Shown in pieces: positions 30,186 through 40,827 of a DNA stretch of 64,000 bases. Numbering within the stretch: position 1 is the first letter of the stretch; every line of letters begins with the position of its first letter. Position numbers and translations under genes: made by a program. The notes beneath the pieces were generated by a model. It was not told where the DNA came from. It saw only the letters and a list, made by a program, of their open reading frames with translations, and did no database searches. Source of the stretch: an uncultured Verrucomicrobia subdivision 3 bacterium (GTDB taxonomy: Bacteria > Verrucomicrobiota > Verrucomicrobiia > Limisphaerales > UBA11358); assembly GCA_903884535.1 (NCBI GenBank), contig CAISEZ010000045.1:7832-71831 (forward strand). The letters are read 5' to 3'.

Positions 30186-31598
30186 CTAGCAGCCCGTTAA
30201 AGAATGTCGGTTTTTCCAAAAACTGCGGATGGAATGAATACCACGAACTGCCATAACCGTTACCAGGAAAAGCATCCCTGGAGCCAACAACCAGTGGAGT
30301 TGCCAATCCGTTTTACGGCGAGTCATGACGGCTATCAGCGTCCATACCGCCCAAAGTGTCAAAAACAAGCCCGCCGTCCCCGTTTTCGCGCTCCGCGGCT
30401 TGCACATTCCCCAAACTTTCCGCAGCAGCAGCCCCAAGTTATAGGCTGCGCACTTCAGCGTATGGGCTTTACTCACGTTGGTCTGACCACGCAACCAACT
30501 CCGCCGACCGCCGCCAGTCTCGCAGACATGGGCAAACGTTCGTTCGCAACGTTCGCTACGCCAGCGATTCAACTGTCGGCCCTTGTTCCCACGCACGCGC
30601 CGACGATTGGCCCGGAAGGCCGCTTCATATTCAGCGGGCTTGTTGGTCCAACGCCGGGTCTTTTGCCGCCGTTCAGGAATATAGGTTCGCACATCACGTT
30701 CCGCCAATTCCGCCAGCCAGCCATTGTCGTGATAACCCTTGTCCATCACCACTTCGGCAATTTCCGTTTCGCTGCCCGCCAGCACCATATTTGCTTCCGC
30801 CAGACTCAACGTGGCCGGCGCGCTCTGGGGATCGGATTTATCCGCGAAGGTGACCGTCGTCGCCACAATCGCTTCGCTCACCACGTCCACGGCATGTTCG
30901 GCCTTATACGCCAAATGCGTGCGCCCGTCCTTCAGCTTGGCAATCCGGCTGTCGGGATCGCTGGGGCTTTCCCATTGTTCATTCGAAACTTTCTTGTCCT
31001 TGCGGCCGCGATCCAACCGCCGCAGGTCGACCTCGGTCGGACTTTCAATGCCTGCCGCTTTGGCCAAGCCCTGCAAGTATTGTTTCCAGTCTTCCCCGCT
31101 GTCTTTGCGCACGATGCTTTTCATCGCCGCATTGGCCTCCAGCGTGGTTGCGTCAATCGCCACCGCCTTGCCGCGCAACAGTCCTTTCTGTTCCAGCATG
31201 CTCAATACAAAGACAAATACTTTATCGTAGACCGACTCGGGCAGACGCTGGCGGATCATGGTCATCGAAACATGCACGGGCGTTGCCTCCGTAATTGCAA
31301 AACCCAAAAAAGTCCGCAGGGCCAGACTGTCGGCGCAGCGCCAGGCGATGCCACGCTGGCTTTCCAAGCCTTCGAAGTAACCGATCAACAACATACGAAA
31401 GTAAACTCCCGGAGGAATACCTGGGCGGCCGCCTTCCTTGTAATAAGGGGTACAAAGATCTTCGACAAACCCGTCAAAACCAGCGGTCGCCAGAACCTCA
31501 TTGAGCTTGGCATAGAATGGATGGCCCGGACCAGTGGCCAACTCAGCCCGGGGGATGAACAGTTCGTCCTGTTTGGGTTTGCGCTTTCCAAGTGCCAT
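30186..31598 (-). CDS. DDE transposase
   Basis: GRPGIPP..YFRML.IGYFEG..S.R......DSLA.R.FLG (DUF772-like), AIDATT.EANA, DPDSRI, MDKGYH, R...ER.FA; TAG stop lies inside the target duplication. Confidence 0.93.
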   Translation of the reverse strand: MALGKRKPKQDELFIPRAELATGPGHPFYAKLNEVLATAGFDGFVEDLCTPYYKEGGRPGIPPGVYFRMLLIGYFEGLESQRGIAWRCADSLALRTFLGFAITEATPVHVSMTMIRQRLPESVYDKVFVFVLSMLEQKGLLRGKAVAIDATTLEANAAMKSIVRKDSGEDWKQYLQGLAKAAGIESPTEVDLRRLDRGRKDKKVSNEQWESPSDPDSRIAKLKDGRTHLAYKAEHAVDVVSEAIVATTVTFADKSDPQSAPATLSLAEANMVLAGSETEIAEVVMDKGYHDNGWLAELAERDVRTYIPERRQKTRRWTNKPAEYEAAFRANRRRVRGNKGRQLNRWRSERCERTFAHVCETGGGRRSWLRGQTNVSKAHTLKCAAYNLGLLLRKVWGMCKPRSAKTGTAGLFLTLWAVWTLIAVMTRRKTDWQLHWLLAPGMLFLVTVMAVRGIHSIRSFWKNRHSLTGC

Positions 31599-31660
31599 GC
31601 GCTTTCAGACCATTTTCCGAGTCAGTCGGTAACAGTTTTTCTGACTTTTTTAACGGGCTG
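30190..31660 (-). mobile_element. Insertion sequence (IS1182/IS5-like), 1471 bp, 4-bp CTAG target duplication
   Basis: Ends CAGCCCGTTAAA...TTTAACGGGCTG (12-bp perfect IR, extends imperfectly), flanked by CTAG at 30186-30189 and 31661-31664; single transposase. Confidence 0.93.
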
Positions 31661-32017
31661 CTAGATGCGTTAAAAAATTATGATGTGGTCGTCAACGACG
31701 CCTTCGGTTCCGTCACCAGCAGCGTTGCGAATCTCACTTTCAGCACGAATGCCGCCGCCATTGTCAACCAGCCATCAAGTCAGTTGGTTCCTCCCGGCGC
31801 TTCCAGCGTGACGTTCAATGTGACAACCGCCGGAGACGCGCCGTTGAGTTTTCAGTGGCGCACGAATGGGGTCGCCATTCCCGGTGCCACGAACACCAGT
31901 TATACCGTCGCCAACCCCGGTCCCGCCGATGCGGCGAATGCGATTGATTTTGTGGTGGCCAATCCGTGCGCCACCGTCACCAGCATGCCGCCGGTAAATG
32001 TGATTTTCCTGAATCAG

Positions 32018-32743
32018 TTCCTCGCCGGTTATGATGCCGGGCCGGGTTTTTTCAGCGGTGAAGACTTGATGCTGACCAATACCAGTGGTGCCAACCTCTA
32101 TGTCTGGTCCTCGCCAGACCTGACTGTTCCGGTGCTCAACTGGACTTTCGAGGGACAGATGTCCGAGCAGGTGTTCAACAACACCAGTGGCACCAGCCTT
32201 TATAGCATAAATGTCAATCCGGCCACTTCGCCGGTCTATTACTTCTTTGCCAAAACCAATGCCGGGCCTTACATGCCGAACGAGCCGATTGCCTCTGTTG
32301 CCACGGCGGACTATGTCAATTTTACTGTGGCGGATTCAATTGTTTCCATGAGTCCGTCTGGCCTGCTGGATCAGATTAACTTCCTGCCCGCTTATGACGC
32401 CGGCCCCGGATTTTTCAGCGGTGAAGATTTGACGCTGACCAATGCCAGCGGGGTCAGTTTGTTTGTCTGGTCGTCACCGGATCCATCTATGTCGGTGACC
32501 AACTGGACTCTGGAAGGCCAAATGTCCGAACAAGTCTTTAATAACAACAGCGGCACCAGCCTTTATTCCATCAACGTGAATCCAGCCACCTCGCCAATCT
32601 ATTATATTTTCGCCCAAACCAACAATGGGATATTCACAAGCAAGGAATCGGTGGTATGGCTGACGACCGTTGACTACCTCAACTTCACGGTGACGGGGAC
32701 CAGTGCTCCCATCACCACCAATGGAATATTCATATTCGCCAAC
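32018..32743 (+). repeat. Tandem intragenic duplication, 363-bp (121-aa) period
   Basis: FL..YDAGPGFFSGEDL.LTN.SG..L.VWSSPD....NWT.EGQMSEQVFNN.SGTSLYSINVNPATSP.YY.FA starts at 32018 and again at 32381. Confidence 0.9.
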
Positions 32744-34062
32744 CCGCCCAGCATCACCCAGTCCCCTCAAAGTCAGACGTTGCTGGCCGGACAAAACGCC
32801 AGCCTTAATTTGACCGCCACTGGTGCTGGACTGGGTTACCAATGGTTTTTCAATAACAATGGTTTGGTCGGGGCCGCCGCACCGGTGCTCGGCTTGATCA
32901 ATTTATCCGCCACCAACTCGGGAGCCTATTTTGTAATAGTCTCAAATTCCAGCGGGTCGGTCACGAGTAGTATCGCGACAATTACCGTCGCTTCGCCGCC
33001 AGTCCTAAGGGCAAGCTATAACCGATCCAATGGTGTTCAGTTGACTGCAAACACTATCACCAATCTGATTTATGCCGTGCAGTCCGCCACAAATCTGGCT
33101 CAACCGGTGTGGTTAACTCTACTGACAAACAACACCGGATTGAGTGGTCTGATTAACTTCCAAACCAACTCGACGGGCAATCCGCGGCAATTTTACCGGC
33201 TGTTTTTCCCCTCGGCCTTTCCGTTGCCGCCCCAGATCATTCTGCCACCCCAGAGCCAGACGGTTTTGGCCGGCCAAAGTCGTAGCCTCAGCGTGTCTGC
33301 CAACGACACTGGGGCCAGTTACCAATGGTTTTTTAACAACAACGCCATCGCTGGTGCCACCAACCGGATATTGAGTATGGCCGGTATTTCGGCCGCCAAT
33401 GTCGGAACGTATGCCGTAATCGTCACCAATGCTTTGGGTTCAATCACCAGCAGTATTGCGACACTTAACGTGGCTTCGCCGCCGATTATTAAGTTAGTTG
33501 CCGGCCCGCTGGGAACCATTCAATTGAAAGCTAATTCCATCACCGGGCTGACGTATGTGGTGCAGATGTCAACAAACCTGTTTAATTCTCGCTGGTTATC
33601 CATTCTGACCAACTCCACGGATGCTACCGGACTGGTGAATTTCCAAACCAATGCGGCGGCGCTAAAATCGGGCTTTTACCGGCTGTCATTTCCGTAGCTG
33701 AATTACTGGAACGCTTTGGGGTAAAATGGGTGCTTGTTCCTTGAACCATTTCCATTCCCTCCTATTGGACAATGTCAATTATTCATAATGTAAGCGGGCA
33801 CAATGAGATCAGAATGCGTAGAGGAAGTAGTGGGGCGTGGGTTTGAAGATTACAAATTATTAATCTACCACCGTCGGTGCTACTAGGGACGGCAGATATC
33901 ACATCGTTGTGGATAGCATTGAAATAAATGAGGTTTCGTCGTTTGCCCCGCTAGTCGCAGGCAGAACGTTTGTCGGGGTTGTTGGTTTCGAATAGTGATC
34001 TACTATGGCCAAAACATCCAAACACTATGCCTTCAAATCATCACGTTACTTGGCCCTCCATT

Positions 34063-37000
34063 ATGACCCGGCTCAACTTGAGTATGGGGTTAAAAGTTTT
34101 GTTAGTTTCCCTCGGCGGACTGGCCGGACATGTAATGGGCTAGTCTTATGTTGCCGGTGGCCCGCCCAATGATGCGATTGCGGCGACTTATTTTCCATAT
34201 CATTGGACGCTCACCACCACCAAGACGTATAGCACAGCCAGTTCGGCCTGCGTTGGCGACATCTATGTGCCTGATTATACCGGCAAGCCGGTTCCAGCCA
34301 ATAGCACCAGTCGGCCGGCGGTGGTGGTGGTGCATGGCGGCGGCGGCACCAGCGGCAGCCGGGCCTCCACCCGTGAACAGCAGATCAGCGAGTTTTGCGC
34401 CTCACATGGCTATGTGGCTTTCAACATAGATTATCCGTTGGGTGCGGTTTATCCTAAGAATATCCAGTCCTGGCGCACGGCGGTGCGCTATTTGCGGGCG
34501 AATGCAGCGACTTATGGCATTGATGTCAATCACATCGGCATCACGGGTGGATCCTTCGGCGGCTATTGCAGCGGTTTCATGAGCGGCATCACCAACGGTC
34601 AGCACACCCTGGAAGCAGATAGCAATGCCCAATACAATAATGCTTCCCTGGATTTGGACAGTGCAAATGAACTCTCGACCTACTCCGGAAATATTCAGTG
34701 CGCCATTGATCTTTACGGTCCCATGAATCAGGTGACTTCCGGCAATGCGGCCGGCCAATATAGCAGTCCGACCACGGCGACTCTTTACAATTCTTCACCG
34801 GTTAATTATGTCCATGTTGGGTCAGCTCCGATTTTGATTGCTCACGGCACGGCGGACACGACAGTTTCTATTTCCAACAGTTATGACATGACTAATGCCT
34901 GCGCCAGGATTGGAGTGCCCTATCAATTTTGTGTGATTCAGGGCGCGCAGCATACGTTTTATTATTACCAGACCAGCGGTGGTTCATGGCCGCCGGGCAA
35001 CTCCGCGCTCGACATGCGCCAGACTGCTTTCGACTGGTTCGATAAATGGCTACTCACGGCCAACAATCCACCGAGCATCACCGCACAACCTGCCGATGCC
35101 ACCGGCTGTCCGGGCACGCCGATGACGTTCAGCGTGGCTGCCACGGGAACCACGCCTTTCTACTACCAATGGTATGGACCCAGTGGCCTGATTTTGGGCG
35201 CGACCAGCAGCAGTTACACGATTGCCAGCCTGACGACCGGGAATGCGGGCGGTTATTCCGTGACGGTCTCCAACGCGGTCGGTGTCGCCACTAGCCGGAC
35301 GGCAGCTTTGTCTGTTCCCAACTTGACGGCACCTGTTGTCACCATCCAGCCGACCAACCAGACCGCGGGATTGGGTAGCCCGGTCAGCCTTGTGTCGGTC
35401 GCGACCGGTTCCGCGCTCCAATATCAGTGGATGGAAAATAACAATGTCCTGCCCAACGCCACGAATGCCACTTACAGCATCGCCAGTGCCGGCAGCAGCG
35501 ATGGGGGTGTCTATCAAGTCGCTGTTTACAATGGCTGCGGCACGGCGCTCAGTTCGAACGCCACGTTGACGGTGAATGCCCCGCCTTACATCACGGCCCA
35601 GCCTAATACCAATGACACGGTATGTAGCGGTGAAACCGCTACTTTTTTCGCGTCAGCATCAGGCGTCGGCCCGCTGGCGTATAAGTGGTTTGGCCCGTCT
35701 GCGCAGATTGTCGGTGCCCCGACGACCAATTTGCTGACCCTGACCAATCTGACGGCGGCGGATTCGGGCAGCTATTATCTGGTGGTCACCAATAGTTATG
35801 GCGCGGTCACCAGCAGCATCATTGCGTTGACGGTGAGTGTGAATACGGATGTCACGTTCTTAAACCAGCCGACCAATACGGAAGTCGCGGCGGGTGGCAC
35901 GGCAACTTTCAGTTTTACCTTGACGCCTGGCACGGGCACTGGTCTCACCTATCAGTGGTTTAAGGGCGACTACGACCCGATCCCCTTTGCGGTTTCCACC
36001 ACCAATGCCACGCTGGTGCTGACTAATGTGCTCGCGGCCTACGACCAGACGTTTTATCACTGCCTGGTGCAGAACAGTTGCAGCGCCGTGCAAAGTGCGG
36101 ACGTCACCTTGACGGTGGATTCGGCGCCGGTCATTACCCAGCAGCCGCAGGCTCAAGCCACCGTCTCCGGCGGCAGCGCCAGTTTTGCCGTGCAAGTCAG
36201 TGGCACGGCGCCGTTGAGCTACCAATGGTCCGGGCCCAGCGGCTTGATTTCTGGGGCGACCAATCAAACCTTCACGCTTTCCAATGTCAGCACGAACAAC
36301 GCGGGCAACTATTCGGTGACCATTACGAATCAGTTTGGAACGGTGACCAGTTCCAACGCCGCCTTGACGGTTACGGCCGGTAGTTTTTATCTGGCGGAAT
36401 CTTTTAATTATGCCTCCGGGCAGCAGTTGGCCAACAATTCGCCTTGGACTTCTCACAATGTGCCAAATACCACCGGCATGGCAATTGTGAGCGGCGGTCT
36501 GACCTATCCCGGACTGGCGGATTTTTCGCCAGCCGGAAACGATTTGCAGATTACCCCCATTTCCGGCCAGACGAACAGCTACCGGCCGTTTGATAACAAG
36601 GCCACCAACGGAACGGTCTATGTTTCCATGCTGGCGGATTGTTCCGCGCCGGTCGGCAGCTCGGGATACTATACTTTTGGTTTGCTGCCGAGCAGCACGA
36701 CAACTCCCGGTGGCCGCACCACGGATCCGGTGCTGTTACAGGTTAAGACCAATACCACGGGCGGATATTTGATGGCCGTCGGAACAGCCAATGCGGCGGC
36801 GGCCGTCTATGCCACCAATATTTTGTCGCTCAATACCACCAATTTGATCGTTCTGAAATATGATATGGGCAGCAAGATTGCGAGCCTGTATTTGAATCCA
36901 GTGGTTGGCTCGCCAGAACCGGGCACCCCGTCCGCAACGGCCACTGGCACCATTGCCTTCAGTGATCTCAACTATGTGTATTTCCGCGGAGTGGCTGGCA

Positions 37001-39129
37001 GCGGCACCTGGACTTATGACACGATTCGCATTGCTTCGACCTGGAATAGTGTTTTGCCGCAAGGCACGCCGGCGACGACTGGGCCGTCTGTCACTCAGCA
37101 GCCCCAGCCGAAAGCCGTGACGGCCACGACCACCGCTAATTTTAGTGTCGGGGCCGCCGGCACGTCTCCGCTCTTTTATCAATGGCGTCGCGGTGGTGTG
37201 CCCATCAGTGGGGCCACCGGCAGCACCTATAGTCTCGCTGGCACTGCGGCGGGTGATTCCGGCAGCACATTTGATGTCGTTATCACCAATTATTACGGTT
37301 CCATCACCAGCCAGGTTGCGACGCTGACGGTTAATACTGTCACCACGCCCACGGAATTGTTGTCCATCGAAGCCGTCAAATCCGTTTACTATGTGCAAAC
37401 TAGTGCGGCCGGTCCGGTTTCGCCGGCCACGGGCGGATTCTCCTGGGCGGCGGAAGTGCAGGGGATTTTGCCGGCGCTCATCACCAGTGCCACCGTGGGT
37501 TTTAGCGGCACGAACCAGCCGAATCCCTTTGTGGAGCCGGCCATTGACAACACGGATTTGGCGCAGAATGAGTTGTTCTTTGATTCGAAATCCGCGCTGG
37601 ATGCTGCGTTCACCAATGGCAATTATCACTACGTGATTCAATTCACCAATGGCAACACCTATACCACGGATGTGCCGCTGCCCGTCACGGATAATTATCC
37701 CAATGCGCCCACCATCATCGCCCCGGCGGCCGACTGGTCGGCTTCCGGCCGGCTGGCCTTGCATCCGGTGAGCGGCGGCTACCGGTTGACTTGGAATTCC
37801 CTCTCGGCGCCGCAGGACCAGCAAACCCTTGGCATCACCGATCCGTTTGGCAATCTTACCGAATACACGTTGCCGGGCAGTGCCACCAATTTCCTCGTGC
37901 CCAATAGTCTGGTCCAGCCGGAGATGGATTATGATGTGGAACTCACCTTCACCCACATGAGTTATTTGAGCACCAATGGTGCGGGAACCATTCTCTACGG
38001 CTTGTTTGAATCGGACACTGATTTTTCTGTGCGGACTGATCCCGTGCAAACGAATGTGTTGGCGGCCTCCAGTTGGGCCACCGTGCGCGATGGCGCGAAC
38101 TTCAATGTGGATGTGGATGAGATCGCGAGCGGTTATGTGCTGGCCAAATACAGCACCAACGGCGCTTCCGGCAAGGGTTATTTCCAGTTTGACCTGACCG
38201 GACAGATTCCCGACACCAATTCGCCCGCGACCTTCAAGTTCGTGACGGCGGCCACTTCGGGCCAGCAAAACCTCACGCTTTGGGCGTTGAACCAAGGCTA
38301 TCCCAATATGAATAATCATCTCATTTGGGCCACGGCTCAGGCCAATGACACTAACTCCGAGAATATGCTGACCAGCGGTGCGTTGACTGCCACTGCCATC
38401 ACCAACGTGTTTCTGTCGGGCGGGCCGGGGACAAATCAATTCACGCTGCCGGCGGCGTGGGGTCAGTTCATCCAAAACAACGCCCTGATTTTGGTGTTCA
38501 CCACGACGGCGCCGGGTGCCCAGACCAACAGCAGCGCCGGTTACCGCATTGCGGTGAACAGTGCCGCCACTGTCCCCACGCTCACTTATTCAACGATCCA
38601 GCCGCCGGTTGCCACGACGTTGGCGGCGACGGGAGTTACCGCCGGTTCGGCCACTTTGAATGGCACCGTCAATCCCAGCGGAGCCGCCACGGCCTGGTAT
38701 TTTCAATATGGCACCACCACAAACTACGGCAGCGTGACCGCCACCAACAATCTGACGGCGGGCACGACCGCCGTGGGTGTCAACAGCGGGTTGAGCGGTT
38801 TGAGCGCCGGCACGGTGTATCATTACCAATTGGTGGCCGCCAACAGTGGGGGCTCCGGTAGCGGTGGCGATGCCACCTTCAGCACGCGCACCGTGACCGC
38901 ACCGCAGTTGGTTTCGCCGCAGGTTTCGGCCAGCAATGGCGCGCAATTCTCCTTCGCGGGGACACCCGGCGCGACGTTCACCATTTTGGGCAGCACGAAT
39001 ATCGCCCTGCCGCTTTCCAGTTGGACGGTCTTGGGCGTGGCCACAGAAAACCCCGCCGGCCAGTATAACTTTGCCGACCCGCAGGCGACGAATAATCTGC
39101 AGCGATTCTACCGGGTGCGGTCGCCGTAA
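34063..39129 (+). pseudogene. Giant secreted esterase-Ig multidomain protein (~1688 codons) with in-frame TAG at 34141-34143
   Basis: Frame upstream of track ORF 34267 continues: MTRLNLSMGLKVLLVSLGGLAGHVMG*SYVAGGPP...CVGDIYVPDY; then esterase (VHGGG, GGSFGG, HGTADTTV, GAQHTF), about six Ig domains, beta-sandwich modules, Fn3-like, C-terminal FYRVRSP. Confidence 0.85.
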
Positions 39130-39339
39130 TGGTGGATCAAAGAATCTGAAGGTATCTAAAATTGTCCGCAAAGTGGTGGTTGTTATTCCATGCCCAGAAC
39201 AGCGCGCCACAGCCCAGTGAGGATATTTGATTTTCACAGTTCACCGATTCAACCCCTTTCCTAATTCACAGTTGGAAAACGACAAGCAAAACCAAATGGA
39301 AATATGCAGGGTAAAGTGAAAATGATATCGCGTTTTTTT

Positions 39340-40725
39340 TTATTTGTGGCCATCCGCGGCTTTCCGTTTTTCTGAAAATTGCTTCCGCCAGTTTTCGAGC
39401 CGTTCCCGGATCTTTTTTTCCACGCCCTGATCGGTTGGCTCGTAATATTTTTTTGCCGCACCGAGATAATCCTGCGCGACAAAATGCTCCGGTCCGTCGT
39501 GCGCGTATTCGTAGCCGACGCCGTGACCGAGTTTTTTGGCGCCGGCATAATGGCCGTCGCGCAAATGTTCCGGCACGGCAATGGTGCGGCCGGAGCGGAC
39601 ATCGGCCAGCGCGGCGTCAATCGCCATGATCGAGCTGTTGCTTTTGTTGGCCGTGGCGATGTAAATGGTCGCCTCGGCCAGCGGAATCCGCGCTTCCGGC
39701 CAGCCGACAAATTCCGAGGCCGCGAGGCACGCATTCGCCAAAACCAAAGCCATCGGGTCGGCGAGGCCGACATCTTCCGCCGCGCAAATAATAATCCGCC
39801 GCGCGATGAAGCGCGGGTCTTCGCCGGCGTGAATCATTTTCGCCAGCCAGTAGAGCGCCGCGTCGGGATCACTGCCGCGCATGGATTTGATGAACGCGGA
39901 AATCGTGTCGTAATGCGCATCGCCGTCGCCGTCATAAACCACGGCTTTCTTCTGAATGCTCTGCTCGGCGACTTCGAGCGTGATGCGAATGATTCCGTCT
40001 TGACCGGGCGACGTGGTGAGCGCGGCAATTTCCAGCGAATTCAAGGCTTTGCGCGCGTCGCCGTCGGAAAGCGTGGCGAGATGGCGCAGCGCATTTTCGT
40101 CAGCAGAAATTTTCAAAAAGCCGAGGCCGCGTTCCGCGTCGGCCAAGGCGCGTTGCAGCAGTGAAAATAAATCGTCCTCGGTCAGCGGCCGCAGTTCAAA
40201 AATTTGCGAGCGCGAAACGAGCGGCGAGTTGACGAAGAAAAACGGATTGTGCGTGGTTGCGCCGATGAGCCGGATGACACCGCTCTCCACATCCGGCAGC
40301 AACACGTCCTGCTGCGATTTGTTGAAGCGATGAATTTCGTCAATAAACAGAATCGTGGATTGCCCTTTGTTTTCAAGGCGATTTTCCGCGGCGGATAAAA
40401 CGCGGCGCATATCGGCGACATTGGATTCCACGCCGCTCAATCTTTCAAATTTGGATTTGGTCTGGCGGGCGATGATTTGCGCGAGCGAGGTTTTACCGGT
40501 GCCGGGCGGGCCGTAAAAAATCAGCGACTGGATGCGGTCGGCTTCGATGGCGCGGCGAAGCAACTGGCCCGCGCCGAGGATGTGCGTCTGGCCGGCGTAT
40601 TCGTCCAGGTTGCGCGGACGCATCCGCGCGGCGAGTGGCTGGCTTTTGAAGGTGTCGGGTGCGGGCACGGATTTTTCGTCCGGCTGGTTTTCAACCGGAG
40701 CGGAAAACAAATCGTTGCGCGCCAT
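39340..40725 (-). CDS. rarA: Replication-associated recombination protein A (MgsA/RarA AAA+ ATPase)
   Basis: PLAARMRP, GPPGTGKT, FIDEIHRFNKSQQD, HYDTISAFIKSMRGSDPDAA, EDVGLADP, VPEHLRD. Confidence 0.97.
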   Translation of the reverse strand: MARNDLFSAPVENQPDEKSVPAPDTFKSQPLAARMRPRNLDEYAGQTHILGAGQLLRRAIEADRIQSLIFYGPPGTGKTSLAQIIARQTKSKFERLSGVESNVADMRRVLSAAENRLENKGQSTILFIDEIHRFNKSQQDVLLPDVESGVIRLIGATTHNPFFFVNSPLVSRSQIFELRPLTEDDLFSLLQRALADAERGLGFLKISADENALRHLATLSDGDARKALNSLEIAALTTSPGQDGIIRITLEVAEQSIQKKAVVYDGDGDAHYDTISAFIKSMRGSDPDAALYWLAKMIHAGEDPRFIARRIIICAAEDVGLADPMALVLANACLAASEFVGWPEARIPLAEATIYIATANKSNSSIMAIDAALADVRSGRTIAVPEHLRDGHYAGAKKLGHGVGYEYAHDGPEHFVAQDYLGAAKKYYEPTDQGVEKKIRERLENWRKQFSEKRKAADGHK

Positions 40726-40756
40726 GTCGGAAGTTTAGCAGCGGCAGCCGGTCCGC

Positions 40757-40790
40757 AAAATAAAAAAGCCCGCAACGGGTGGCGGGCTTT
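40757..40790 (-). terminator. Rho-independent terminator downstream of the 6S RNA candidate
   Basis: Minus strand AAAGCCCGC-8 nt-GCGGGCTTT then TTTATTTT. Confidence 0.85.
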
Positions 40791-40822
40791 GATTTCAGGT
40801 TTGATAAATCAAACCTGAAATC
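40791..40822. repeat. Perfect 15-bp inverted repeat with 2-nt spacer
   Basis: GATTTCAGGTTTGAT-AA-ATCAAACCTGAAATC. Confidence 0.9.
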
Positions 40823-40827
40823 TTGAA

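Larger units (their letters stand above)
29223..33697 (+). pseudogene. ~999-aa secreted Ig-domain protein interrupted by an IS at CTAG 30186-30189
   Basis: Removing 30190-31664 joins ...NNPSG-L-DALKNYDVVVNDAFGSVTS in frame and restores one Ig (I-set) domain; the track ORFs 29223..30200 and 31592..33697 are the two halves. Confidence 0.92.

Noticed and set aside
30204-31664. 486-aa ORF antisense to the transposase
   Set aside because: Codon-aligned antisense frame with no recognisable motifs; a common shadow in GC-rich coding DNA.
9843-34143. Genome-wide TAG reassignment (Gln or pyrrolysine)
   Set aside because: TAG ends the response regulator, aroE, the transposase and the FYRLSFP protein at expected positions; no pyl genes or suppressor tRNA in the window.
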